This document shows positions 7,546 to 16,515 of a stretch of 32,598 nt of DNA, one piece after another. A program made the position numbers and the translations under genes. The notes under the pieces were generated by a model that saw only the letters and a program-made list of their open reading frames with translations, did no database searches and was not told the origin of the DNA. Origin of the DNA: Verrucomicrobiota bacterium (GTDB taxonomy: Bacteria; Verrucomicrobiota; Verrucomicrobiia; Limisphaerales; SXQI01); the NCBI GenBank assembly GCA_033762115.1, contig JANRLX010000014.1:1-32598 (forward strand), written 5' to 3'. The first letter of the stretch is position 1, and every line of letters starts with the position of its first letter.

Positions 7546-9450
7546 TTAGGGATGTGGTAACTCTCGGACCCGCAAAAATTGGGAAGGATTGCCTGGGAGC
7601 GGAAAGAAATTGGAAGGAGAATATAACCCGGCAGGAATCGGTTCCCCGTCCACCCATGTTTGCAAATTGGTCGAAAAGGAAGGCACATATTGATGTGCAG
7701 CACTTCCGATCAGATGAACTCCCTCGATCAGTTGTTGATTGATGGATAATTTCAGTTTCGGAGGTTCAATAATATTGATTATTTGTCGCGAATGAATGTT
7801 GTGCAATTCCTGGCGAACGCCGCTCGGCCACTCGATCATTACCCGATTGACTCGCTCTGCGTCCCCCAGCCCAAAGGCAGCAGCCAGTTCACTTTGCGCA
7901 AAGTATTGTCCCCCACCCGAGATTACCCGAAGCTGCTGGACCTCTCGACCATTGATTTCGGCGTAAGCCCGGACTTTAGCTCCAATCGCTGATCTGTTTG
8001 AGGCGCGTCCTTCCAAACGGAAGATCACCCAGGAGTTGCTGTTGCCATCATTGTAGAAAAGTTCGTTGCTGCCATTGAAATTCACATTTAGCAAATCCTG
8101 AAACCCATCCTGATTGACATCCGCTGAAGCAAAGCTGTTGTTGCCCCAGCTGGCATACGTCTTTGATACCAATCCTCCCGTGACCACCTTGGAGAATGAA
8201 CCATCACCATTGTTTAGATAAACCAACGTTTTGGCCGCAGCGGATACCAGGTCCAGCCAGCCATCATTATCAAAGTCCACCCAGATCGATCCGGCGCTCG
8301 GTCCATCCCTGACAATAATGTCATTAGTAATCGAAGTGAAATGCCCATTGCCTTCATTGCGATAAAGCAGGGCGTTTTGCGGAGTGAAGTTCGAAACAAA
8401 CAAGTCAAGATCACCATCATTATCGTAATCACCCCAGGCTGGACCGCCGGAGTTTCCCCCGGCAGCAACCACCGCATTGTTCGTGGTGCGGAAAAAATTC
8501 GTTCCATCAAGGTTCTTATAGAGGATGTTTTTCTGATTGCTTAAACTGGTCACGAACAGGTCGAGATAACCGTCCCCATCGTAATCTCCCCAAACCGCCC
8601 CCTGTCCTACGGCATTATCATTGACAGGAGGCCTGCTGGTTACTTTTTCAAATCTCCGGTTACCCAGGTTTCGGAAAAGCAGGTCGTTTGCTCCACCAAA
8701 GCTGGGGGTGGAGTCTGAAACGAAGAGGTCCACATTCCCGTCATTATCATAATCTCCCCAGGCACAGCTGAACGTTTGCAGATTGGGAGTCAGAAAAACC
8801 GCATTCGTCTCAAGTGTGAACCCGTCGGGCTCCTGATGATAAATGAAGACACGCGGCCCGGTCGCAGCACAGATCGCAAGATCCAATCGACCATCATTGT
8901 CGTAGTCTGCCCAGGCGGTTCCAGCCCGGCCTGCCTGGGTGCCGCCTTTGAAAATAGAGTTAGGTACACTAATGAAACCTCCGGAACGATCATTGGTGTA
9001 AACAAAATAACCCGTTCGATTGAGGAGATTTGCGACCATGTCCACCCACCCGTCTCCATTAAAGTCACCCCAGGCAGCGCCGACGGGTTGCCCTCCTGTT
9101 TTCGCAATCACACTGTTGGTAGCCAAAGTAAATCCTGAAACAATTTTCAAACGAGCAATTGAACTGGTGATGCTGCCCGTGGAATTCGTGATCACCACAA
9201 AATAATTCCCAACCTTCTCTGGCTGCACATTGGTAATGACAAGCGAGTTACTGGAGAGACCCACATCGATTCCGTCAAACTTCCATTGATAATTCAACGT
9301 TCCCCCGGATGCAGTCACACGAAATGTGACGGGGGACCCTGCGAGTGCAGCCTGTGAAACAGGTTGAAGAGTAATTTTGGGAACTGAATCAGCTGCAAAA
9401 AGCGCGAGGCTGAACAAACTTTGCAGGAGAACGAGTCGCAGGAATCGCAT
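7546..9450 (-). CDS. Secreted Ig-domain + FG-GAP repeat + ASPIC/UnbV (CRTAC1-like) protein
   Basis: Signal peptide; Ig domain (PKITLQP...YQWKFDG...GNYFVVITN); seven W-G-D-Y-D-N-D-G-x-x-D-type repeats; NRSAIGAKV...FGLG...IEWPSG; C-terminal STNLQTW...FLRV tail. Confidence 0.88.
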   Translation of the reverse strand: MRFLRLVLLQSLFSLALFAADSVPKITLQPVSQAALAGSPVTFRVTASGGTLNYQWKFDGIDVGLSSNSLVITNVQPEKVGNYFVVITNSTGSITSSIARLKIVSGFTLATNSVIAKTGGQPVGAAWGDFNGDGWVDMVANLLNRTGYFVYTNDRSGGFISVPNSIFKGGTQAGRAGTAWADYDNDGRLDLAICAATGPRVFIYHQEPDGFTLETNAVFLTPNLQTFSCAWGDYDNDGNVDLFVSDSTPSFGGANDLLFRNLGNRRFEKVTSRPPVNDNAVGQGAVWGDYDGDGYLDLFVTSLSNQKNILYKNLDGTNFFRTTNNAVVAAGGNSGGPAWGDYDNDGDLDLFVSNFTPQNALLYRNEGNGHFTSITNDIIVRDGPSAGSIWVDFDNDGWLDLVSAAAKTLVYLNNGDGSFSKVVTGGLVSKTYASWGNNSFASADVNQDGFQDLLNVNFNGSNELFYNDGNSNSWVIFRLEGRASNRSAIGAKVRAYAEINGREVQQLRVISGGGQYFAQSELAAAFGLGDAERVNRVMIEWPSGVRQELHNIHSRQIINIIEPPKLKLSINQQLIEGVHLIGSAAHQYVPSFSTNLQTWVDGEPIPAGLYSPSNFFPLPGNPSQFLRVRELPHP

Positions 9451-9463
9451 ATACCGATAAGCA

Positions 9464-9488
9464 GACGTTGAAATCGATTCCGTACATC
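9464..9488 (-). promoter_or_regulatory. Candidate ECF-dependent promoter of the FG-GAP gene
   Basis: GATGTACGG...CGTC (TGTAC-N14-CGTC); same motif and spacing as upstream of the ECF gene. Confidence 0.55.
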
Positions 9489-10801
9489 TATTTACCGAAA
9501 TTTCGGCGTTCCTGCTTCAGGGCCTGTACTAAAAGATTTGTCAAAGTTGTGGCATCGCTAATGTGTGAATTCCTGATCGCAGATGCCAGTTGGTCAAGTG
9601 CCTCAGCATGACCTGCAAGATAATCGTTTTTTACCTTAAAGTCCTGGCTTTGCCAGCCATGAAACAGGTCCCATTTCCATTCCCCGGCCACCTGCATGAA
9701 ACGCATCGGTGGCCCTCCAGGAAAATTGGACACTACTGTTGCGGAGCTGAGATCATTGGTCAAAATGGTTCCCTGCAGATCGAAAAGCGTTGATAGAGTG
9801 TGCGGGAAGAGACCCTGGGAAAGGTTAAGTTTGTTCGCAGCTTCCTGCCGGAATTCAAACTCGGCCTGCAGAAAACGACGCAATACTAAAGTGAAGTTGG
9901 TGGCCTCCTGATTTTCAAAATAAATCAGCCGTTCCAAATCCGGAACTCGGTTGAAAAAAATGGCCAGATCAATCCCTTGCTGAACCTGCCTTATACTTTG
10001 ACTGCTTGCGGTTGATACAGCCGGAGCATTACTAAGCTTTAAATAAAGGAACAGCATTCCCACCCCTACAAGCATTGCCAGCCCTATTTTCCATGAAGGT
10101 GCCCAAGGTTTTTCAGCAACAGGAGTGCTGCTTTTGGCGCTCGCCAAACTCGCCGAAGTAATTTCAGCAACGATTGATGCTGAAACCGGGGTGACGGCAG
10201 ATGCGGTAAGCGCATTTACCAAACCGAATGCCGTGATATGGACACCCTGTTTAAGGAAACATTTCCGCAGTTTCTCGATGGCGCGGGCGCAACGGATTCG
10301 AGCTGTGTTCTCCGTCAATCCAAGCTGCCTGCCCACTTCGGCCCATTCCTTTTGTTCCAAAAAACGAAGCACCACGACTTCACGGTCAATGCGGTTTAGA
10401 GCAGCGAGGGCCCCGTCCAGATGCGATCCAATCAAAGACCAATCCGCTTCTCCGGGATCTTCAGGAGTAAGCTCCAATTCCGCGGCTTTTCTTTCACGTT
10501 CCCGGCGTCTGTTGGCCATTTTTACAGAATCGTTGACAGCATAGCGCACGGCCACAAACAACCAGCCACCAATCGACTTGTGCGTCCGTAATGTGCCAGC
10601 CTTTCGAGCCAAAGCGGTAAAAACCACCTGGGCGATGTCCTGTGCTTCTGCATGATTCCCAACTTGACGGTAAGCGGCTGAATAAACCCAATGCACATGC
10701 CGTGAAACAAGAAGCTCGAACGCCTCGTTTGATCCGCTCAGCGCATATTCACTCAGTAGTTCCTCGTCCGCTAAGGGAGAGTCTGGCGGTGACGGCGTCA
10801 T
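9488..10801 (-). CDS. ECF sigma-70 factor with a fused TM helix and C-terminal extracytoplasmic domain
   Basis: Region 2 (AFELLVSRHVHWVYSAAYRQVG..AQDIAQVVF), region 4 (LAALNRIDREVVVLRFLEQKEWAEVGRQLG), Ala/Ser linker, hydrophobic helix IGLAMLVGVGMLFLYL, then about 180 aa more. Confidence 0.9.
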   Translation of the reverse strand: MTPSPPDSPLADEELLSEYALSGSNEAFELLVSRHVHWVYSAAYRQVGNHAEAQDIAQVVFTALARKAGTLRTHKSIGGWLFVAVRYAVNDSVKMANRRRERERKAAELELTPEDPGEADWSLIGSHLDGALAALNRIDREVVVLRFLEQKEWAEVGRQLGLTENTARIRCARAIEKLRKCFLKQGVHITAFGLVNALTASAVTPVSASIVAEITSASLASAKSSTPVAEKPWAPSWKIGLAMLVGVGMLFLYLKLSNAPAVSTASSQSIRQVQQGIDLAIFFNRVPDLERLIYFENQEATNFTLVLRRFLQAEFEFRQEAANKLNLSQGLFPHTLSTLFDLQGTILTNDLSSATVVSNFPGGPPMRFMQVAGEWKWDLFHGWQSQDFKVKNDYLAGHAEALDQLASAIRNSHISDATTLTNLLVQALKQERRNFGK

Positions 10802-10835
10802 TTCAATTCAGAATCAGGATGCTTTTAACTGTACT

Positions 10836-10860
10836 GCCGCAAAAAACAAAACCGTACATC
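10836..10860 (-). promoter_or_regulatory. Candidate autoregulated ECF promoter
   Basis: GATGTACGG...CGGC (TGTAC-N14-CGGC). Confidence 0.5.
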
Positions 10861-10884
10861 AAATTTGCGCCCACAATAGATTGC

Positions 10885-10940
10885 ACTCAACACCTGATAC
10901 TCTTACGAGTGTGTCGGTTCCACCCCCTCTCTCGGCACCA
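10885..10940 (+). repeat. Degenerate direct repeat of the tRNA-Leu 3' part (attR-like)
   Basis: ACTCAACACCTGATACTCTTACGAGTGTGTCGGTTCCACCCCCTCTCTCGGCACCA matches 7153-7208 at 50/56 positions with no gaps. Confidence 0.9.
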
Positions 10941-11101
10941 TTCCTTTCTCACCTTGATGGGGATCAAAGCTCACCCCTGTAGAAAACCCCTGATTTGCGC
11001 TGACACCTTTGAACCTTCTGGGGGAGAGGTGGCGGTGAACAGATCAAATGATTGCTCGAAACATTGCTGTCACCTGGTGGGCTGTGCGGTTTTCAGAGAA
11101 A

Positions 11102-12238
11102 TCACAAATTATACGCAGCACCTTGCGCAAACTCCACCCGAAGCAACTGCTTACCCGATGAATCAAACTTGAAGGTGGCATACGGACTGGAACGTCCCCA
11201 ATAAAGAAAGAACTCCGTTGCTGCATAATCCGGCGGATGGCAGCGAGGCGCGGCATGATATTCCATTTTTGCACGGTCCAATCCACAGAGCTTGATAATC
11301 GAACGGCCTCGCTCGATGAGATCGTCGCAGGAGACTTCCGCTTTGAGACCGGCCATGGGTTTAACAAAGCTTTCGTATCGAAGAAGTCGGGCTCGATAAT
11401 CCCAACTGAGGAGAAATTGGCTGTTCTTCACCGCGACGTATTCCCCAAGAATGGATTGGAATGAGCAAACAGAGAACTCGTCTGGAACAACGCCAGTTCC
11501 CGATCCGCTGGTTTCGATACTGAGTTTTTGCAGCCATGAGGCGATTCGGCCTGCGATCTCGACGGCATTGGAATGAGTATTCAGCGGCTTGAACGTTGCG
11601 TTTCTGGCTTCCCGGATTACCTCGTCATCCCCACGGTCCAGGCGGGTGTTTTGCCAGATGTGATTATCAATGTTTTCCAGAATGGGAAGCGATTCAAGAT
11701 ATAAATGAGGCCTTGAAAATAAACCCGAAGAAAGAAAATGTATCGAAAGAAGCCGACCGCTCTTCGGTTCAAATTCCAATTCCAGAACGTTGGTGGCCAA
11801 TGAATGCGACCACCAGGAGATGCTGCGAGTCTTGAAAGTTGATCTGCTGTCCTTAAAATGTCGTGTTTGAGATTTTTCTGATATTTTACAGTCGTTTTTA
11901 GCCATCAATCGATTCGTCGCAACACCGATTGCCGCGAGCCGTGCTAAAAATTGGTCATAAATGAATGGCTTGTTTGAAGCCCCATCAGGAATATCACCTC
12001 GCGTGAGATCAACATCACTCACTGCGGACAAATATCCGTTATAAAAGGTGTATTGCTGCTGGGATCTGGTTCTTACCCCTGAAATATAATTTCCGGAAGG
12101 CAAGGGAGCTGTTACCCTTTCCACTATATTGGATCGCATCAGAGGGTAAGAGCCCGGCAAGCCGAGCTTGCTTCCCACATCGGAGGCAACCTCAAGCATT
12201 ATCACCAATAAAATTGATTTTACAGCTTGGCTTACCAT
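11102..12238 (-). CDS. Hypothetical protein, possibly exported
   Basis: 378-aa ORF with a hydrophobic N-terminus, starting 2 nt after the upstream stop; no recognised motif. Confidence 0.7.
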   Translation of the reverse strand: MVSQAVKSILLVIMLEVASDVGSKLGLPGSYPLMRSNIVERVTAPLPSGNYISGVRTRSQQQYTFYNGYLSAVSDVDLTRGDIPDGASNKPFIYDQFLARLAAIGVATNRLMAKNDCKISEKSQTRHFKDSRSTFKTRSISWWSHSLATNVLELEFEPKSGRLLSIHFLSSGLFSRPHLYLESLPILENIDNHIWQNTRLDRGDDEVIREARNATFKPLNTHSNAVEIAGRIASWLQKLSIETSGSGTGVVPDEFSVCSFQSILGEYVAVKNSQFLLSWDYRARLLRYESFVKPMAGLKAEVSCDDLIERGRSIIKLCGLDRAKMEYHAAPRCHPPDYAATEFFLYWGRSSPYATFKFDSSGKQLLRVEFAQGAAYNL

Positions 12239-12240
12239 AA

Positions 12241-13128
12241 TCAGGGAGATGATCTCGTTAAGTTTACGGCACCAAGAATTACTGCTTCCGGCGGCAACGG
12301 ACTCTGATTTGAAGGACTTCTCGTTTTAGCAACATCAAGATAGTGGTTCAATGGTCCGCCCGTTGACCATCCAACAAACAATATATTCAATGCATATGCG
12401 TATTCACTCTCGCTGTCAGGAATAGCACAAATATCCCTCAATCCTATGAAAGCACGAGCAAGGCGGCCACGCCTTGAAAAATAATCAACACCCACAGGAT
12501 AATCGGGGATTCCAAAAGCTTTCGATAAGGCACCACCCGAAGCAGTAGAGCATCCATGTAAGAACACGAAACGATAAGGATGGTTATATTTGAGTCCACG
12601 ATTCCCCAACTTACCACTGATCTCTTCCGCAGTCATTCCCACACTTTCAAGCTTTTTGCTTAACCCATAATCATAAACACCGTAACCTATACTATTTGGA
12701 TTTCCATGACCGAACCAAAAAAAATTGCTAAAATCATAACTTGCGAGGGTATTCAAAAAATCAACCTTATTCTCCTTCCGGAAATGAAAGGTACTACCCG
12801 TATTCCAGCCTTGTCCATGGTTCAGCAAATACGGAAAATTAAAGTCAGGAAAGCAAAGTCCGAAATCTACCACCGCATTCACTATGTCATGAAAATTGTC
12901 CACAAACCCGACGGCCCCCGTTTCTTTGTCCAGCCAGGCCTTTTCCCCTCGGGCCACTGCAAATCGGTCATTGCCCATTGGGCCTTCTCTAAACCATTTG
13001 AGTGTCTGTTTGGGTCCCGTGCTGGAACTCGCAACGGAAAATTGGGCGGCGTTAAACAACGTCACATCAGCGATGATGGTGGAATGGGAAACATAATTGC
13101 CGCTGTCTGGCGGGCTTTGCAAATCCAA
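12241..13128 (-). CDS. C-terminal fragment of a frameshifted large secreted protein; His-Gly...Cys (caspase/gingipain-like) domain
   Basis: FFWFGHGNP and YRFVFLHGCST motifs; weak TTG start with a 67-nt overlap of the upstream ORF. Confidence 0.6.
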   Translation of the reverse strand: MDLQSPPDSGNYVSHSTIIADVTLFNAAQFSVASSSTGPKQTLKWFREGPMGNDRFAVARGEKAWLDKETGAVGFVDNFHDIVNAVVDFGLCFPDFNFPYLLNHGQGWNTGSTFHFRKENKVDFLNTLASYDFSNFFWFGHGNPNSIGYGVYDYGLSKKLESVGMTAEEISGKLGNRGLKYNHPYRFVFLHGCSTASGGALSKAFGIPDYPVGVDYFSRRGRLARAFIGLRDICAIPDSESEYAYALNILFVGWSTGGPLNHYLDVAKTRSPSNQSPLPPEAVILGAVNLTRSSP

Positions 13129-15071
13129 ATGTAACTAAACTGCTTGTAACCCTCCTCGATATCCACCAAAGAGCCATAAATCGTGAAAAGCAATGTTCGG
13201 TTCGGTGAGAAAACCTCCAGCTTATAGCTGTCATACGGCTCAGTGGTGTATCCGATCATGTTGACCTGCGAAACAAACGGCACATCCAGTGGATCCACAG
13301 TGATTAAATTTTTAATTTGAATTGGGACCGAACTGCTTACTTTTCCTGAGCCCTCTTCAAAGCCCCTGTCCATTTGAAGAAATATGGATCGGGTGCCATT
13401 GTAGTCGAGATAAGTCTCCCACTTCACAACCCATTGGCCATTTGTTTGATGCACTTCCGCACCATCTGCCATTCCGTAATCTTCAATAAACAATGAGATA
13501 CCAAGCGCCTTCTCATGGCCCGTCACCACTTTTAACGGCAACTCTTTGTATCCAGACAAGATGGTGTTCGCCGGGAGAGACCGGAAGGCAATGACACCAT
13601 CGCAATCGGTGCTCGTGTTTGCCAGGCCGACAGAGCCAGAGTTAAACGTCTGAGTCAGCCTGTCCACTGTGCAAAAAATGACGTTATTAGCATCGACCGT
13701 GCAGCGGTTTGCAATGATGGCTGTGCCGCAGCTTTCAAAGGTGATATTTTTTAAGACCGGATAAAGATATGGAGAGGCATTGTAGTCAAACTGGGCGCCG
13801 ACAGTGCCGTTCTTGATATGAAAATTGTCGAACGTGTAAGCGCCCGAAATATAGTACGACCATAAAGCTGGGCCTGAAAACCTCTGAGGTGTGCCTGTCA
13901 CACCGGGAATTGTTTCTCCAACAGAGTCGTCATATTTGGAAGTAATAACAGTCGTGGCCCCTCCCTGGCAAGACACCGGGCCGTACATCAATAGACTGCT
14001 GGAGTTATTCATTTTGATAATACTTCCGCCCTCAAAAGTAACCTGTCCTCCAAAATAACCTGAGGTTTGCACGTAGTATGTGACGCCCTGCCGAAAGATG
14101 AAGGAAGACCCAGACACCACAACATAATCGATCACAAATCCATTCTGAGAACTCTCTCGCGTCGAACTTCCAGTATTGTCGATAGTATTCCCAGTAACAT
14201 TTGGTGAAAGCTTCTCGATTTCCACAAACGGGATGCTCTCCTCTAATAAATCATTACCGCTGCTTTTAAGCCACTGCTTCCGGACAACCCTTGAATGGGC
14301 GTTATCAGCCTTAAAACCGTACTCCGTGCTAAAGGCTTCTGAAAAAGCCTTACCCTGTACAAAGTCCAGGTCACCTATCGACATTACCTCGTCTTCTGTT
14401 TGCGGTGTCGTTTCGTGGAATTTCGATTTAGTATCAGGCAATTTTGGATCGAAAATAAACTCGGTGGTCACCCTTACAAGCGTGCTGTTCCGGTCCATAT
14501 TGAATTGCTCGGGAGGCGGCAAATTTCTGAGGATTGTATCCTGCTCAAAAATCACCGGCCCCACTTTGAACCGAACGTCAGCGGTGGCCCCTTCAAATGC
14601 ATCCACAAAAGAAATACCATTCTCATGCTGCTGGACCGAAGAAGTGTGTCGGAATTCAGCGATGATAATCTGTCGGTCCGTGGCTGTATCAAAGTAGGAA
14701 ATGTGAAGAGGCTGGACCTGGTGCTTGAATCCCTCCGGAGTGGTTAACTCCACCAGACCTTCTTTATTTTCCGGTTTGATGCGGATTTTTAATGGGGCTT
14801 TTTGTAATGCCCAACTTCCATCACCTATTTTCTCTAAACGAGCATCAGAGCGGGACCATTTAAAACCATCAAAATAGTTCAGACCGCCCCCGACGACGAC
14901 ATAAGAACCCTCCCTTCCATCAGGTCTGGCGCTCTTTCGGATTTCGTAATCTCGCCCCTGTTCTACGATTGCGCCCGGCAACGTTTCGATTTCCTGCGAT
15001 GCGACGTGCGCTGCACCTGCTGAAACTCTAAAAAAAACAAGCGCAACCAAAAAAAGATCATTTGATTTCAT
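13062..15071 (-). CDS. N-terminal fragment of a large secreted protein (beta-rich; beta-helix-like and Ig-like segments)
   Basis: Signal peptide; 669-aa ORF; TYYV...VTFEGGSIIKM...ITSKYDDSVG passage resembles parallel beta-helix proteins; frame appears to shift near 13125. Confidence 0.7.
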   Translation of the reverse strand: MKSNDLFLVALVFFRVSAGAAHVASQEIETLPGAIVEQGRDYEIRKSARPDGREGSYVVVGGGLNYFDGFKWSRSDARLEKIGDGSWALQKAPLKIRIKPENKEGLVELTTPEGFKHQVQPLHISYFDTATDRQIIIAEFRHTSSVQQHENGISFVDAFEGATADVRFKVGPVIFEQDTILRNLPPPEQFNMDRNSTLVRVTTEFIFDPKLPDTKSKFHETTPQTEDEVMSIGDLDFVQGKAFSEAFSTEYGFKADNAHSRVVRKQWLKSSGNDLLEESIPFVEIEKLSPNVTGNTIDNTGSSTRESSQNGFVIDYVVVSGSSFIFRQGVTYYVQTSGYFGGQVTFEGGSIIKMNNSSSLLMYGPVSCQGGATTVITSKYDDSVGETIPGVTGTPQRFSGPALWSYYISGAYTFDNFHIKNGTVGAQFDYNASPYLYPVLKNITFESCGTAIIANRCTVDANNVIFCTVDRLTQTFNSGSVGLANTSTDCDGVIAFRSLPANTILSGYKELPLKVVTGHEKALGISLFIEDYGMADGAEVHQTNGQWVVKWETYLDYNGTRSIFLQMDRGFEEGSGKVSSSVPIQIKNLITVDPLDVPFVSQVNMIGYTTEPYDSYKLEVFSPNRTLLFTIYGSLVDIEEGYKQFSYIWICKARQTAAIMFPIPPSSLM

Positions 15072-15589
15072 ACTTAATCCAATTCACAAATTAATTGAAT
15101 GATCTGGGCGCAAGATCACGCAACTAATATATCCCAACCGGAGGCACAGAAGAGGGTGTTCTCTTTTAAAGGTGAATCCGGGATGCCTTACATGGCTTCT
15201 CGCAGGGTAACCAGGCTTAAAAATTCTGCAACAAAAATCCCGATGGAGACAATGGTCGCCCGTCGGCCTCGGAGCAGTGCCAGGAGAAGTGACCATGTGC
15301 CACCTGTATTGCCTTAAGCCCTCATCCCGGATCCCTCCATCCTTGCGCAACTGTTTCCCATTTTATTCCCACTTCTTCCCTCAAATCGCCTGCCAACTGT
15401 ACATTACTTAAGCTTTTCCTTAATTAAGCATTCCCTTAAATTTATTCCATTAATTCCCACTTGTTCTCATCTCATCCCCGTTCCCAGAACCACAATAGAT
15501 AACACAAGTATCTCGTATCCAGATAGTTAAAGAAATCTCGACCATTCCTTGTTTCCTGCGTATCGTCCCCATCGCAACACTCATAATCT

Positions 15590-16471
15590 ATGCGAGTCCA
15601 ATGCATCCATGCGCACTTCGATGATTTCGAGTTCGTCGCGGCAGGCACCTTTGAATCTCTTCGTCGCCGTTTCGCCTCCGCATTCCAGGCGGAGATTGTT
15701 GTCTGCACGGATGGCAAGGCGGGCCACCATTTTCGCACCCGCGAAGAAACAGGAAAGCTGCGCCTGGAAGAACAAGGCAAATCTGCCGAGCTGGGAAAGT
15801 ATCAGTTTCGTGCGTTGAAACTGCCTGATGGAACAACCCCTCGTGAAGGATGTATCCAGGTCAACGGACCTTTTCTCGCCGCGTTATGGAAATCCATTCG
15901 CGACTTTCGCCCCGATTACATTTTTTCGCCTCCGCTGCCTGCCGAAACTCTTGCTGGGGTGCATGTGGACCATTGGGCTGTCGCAGAGGCCGTCCGCAAG
16001 GTGGCTTACCTGATTAATGTCCCTCACGCCTTCACTCCTGAATATCCGGCAGACGAGAAATTCTCCACCCCCTGCAAAACACCTGTCATCCTCAATGTGC
16101 ATGACAGTTACATGACTGGGACCAATGCCTATGATCTCGCGGTCGATGTGGAAGAGGTGTTCCCATTGATCGCTGAAATGACCTGGTGCCACCAGTCACA
16201 AATCGTCGAATGGCTCCCCTGGATCGGACGCCATGACATGCCAGTCCCTCAATCCATTGAGGAATGGAAGAAACTGCTGAAAAAACGGTTCATCAAACGG
16301 AACTATGAAGTCGCCGTCGCTTCTGATCGTATCTACGAATATTTCACCGTCACTGCCTGGGGGGAAGTGCCGCTCTTGCAAACGCTGTTAACAGATTTTC
16401 CTATGCTGTCCCAAAAAGTTTCCAACCTGGAAAAGCTGGAACAAAAGCTCAAGAAATGGCAGGGCCATTAA
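15590..16471 (+). CDS. PIG-L/LmbE family deacetylase
   Basis: HAHFDDFE, CTDGKAG, R..EQ, IRDFRPDYIF and HVDH motifs. Confidence 0.85.
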   Translation: MRVQCIHAHFDDFEFVAAGTFESLRRRFASAFQAEIVVCTDGKAGHHFRTREETGKLRLEEQGKSAELGKYQFRALKLPDGTTPREGCIQVNGPFLAALWKSIRDFRPDYIFSPPLPAETLAGVHVDHWAVAEAVRKVAYLINVPHAFTPEYPADEKFSTPCKTPVILNVHDSYMTGTNAYDLAVDVEEVFPLIAEMTWCHQSQIVEWLPWIGRHDMPVPQSIEEWKKLLKKRFIKRNYEVAVASDRIYEYFTVTAWGEVPLLQTLLTDFPMLSQKVSNLEKLEQKLKKWQGH

Positions 16472-16480
16472 TCATCTGCT

Positions 16481-16509
16481 TTGCGTTCCTTTTCCCCTGC
16501 CATTAAAAT
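16481..16509 (+). promoter_or_regulatory. Putative sigma70 leaderless promoter
   Basis: TTGCGT-N17-TAAAAT-N6-ATG. Confidence 0.6.
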
Positions 16510-16515
16510 AGTCCC

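Larger units (their letters stand above)
7153..10940. mobile_element. Remnant tRNA-Leu-anchored genomic island with no integrase
   Basis: Bounded by direct repeats 7153-7208 and 10885-10940 (50/56 identical); carries a toxin pseudogene, an FG-GAP protein and an ECF sigma factor. Confidence 0.6.

Noticed and set aside
8070..9080. Recurring DNA similarity that could suggest a CRISPR or tandem array
   Set aside because: It is the coding FG-GAP repeat; no constant repeat-spacer pattern and no cas genes in the window.
10885..10940. Second functional tRNA gene
   Set aside because: No 5' half or D-arm; T-loop and acceptor positions are mutated.
15084..15350. Short ORFs upstream of the large secreted gene
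   Set aside because: No recognisable protein features; possible remnant DNA that I cannot assign.
10871..15500. CCACAATAGAT present at 10871 and 15490, near both block edges
   Set aside because: Many 11-bp matches are expected by chance in 32 kb, and the flanks do not extend the match.
7209..15589. Integrase, transposase or prophage genes in the accessory region
   Set aside because: No recombinase, transposase or phage structural motifs recognised in the ORF track.
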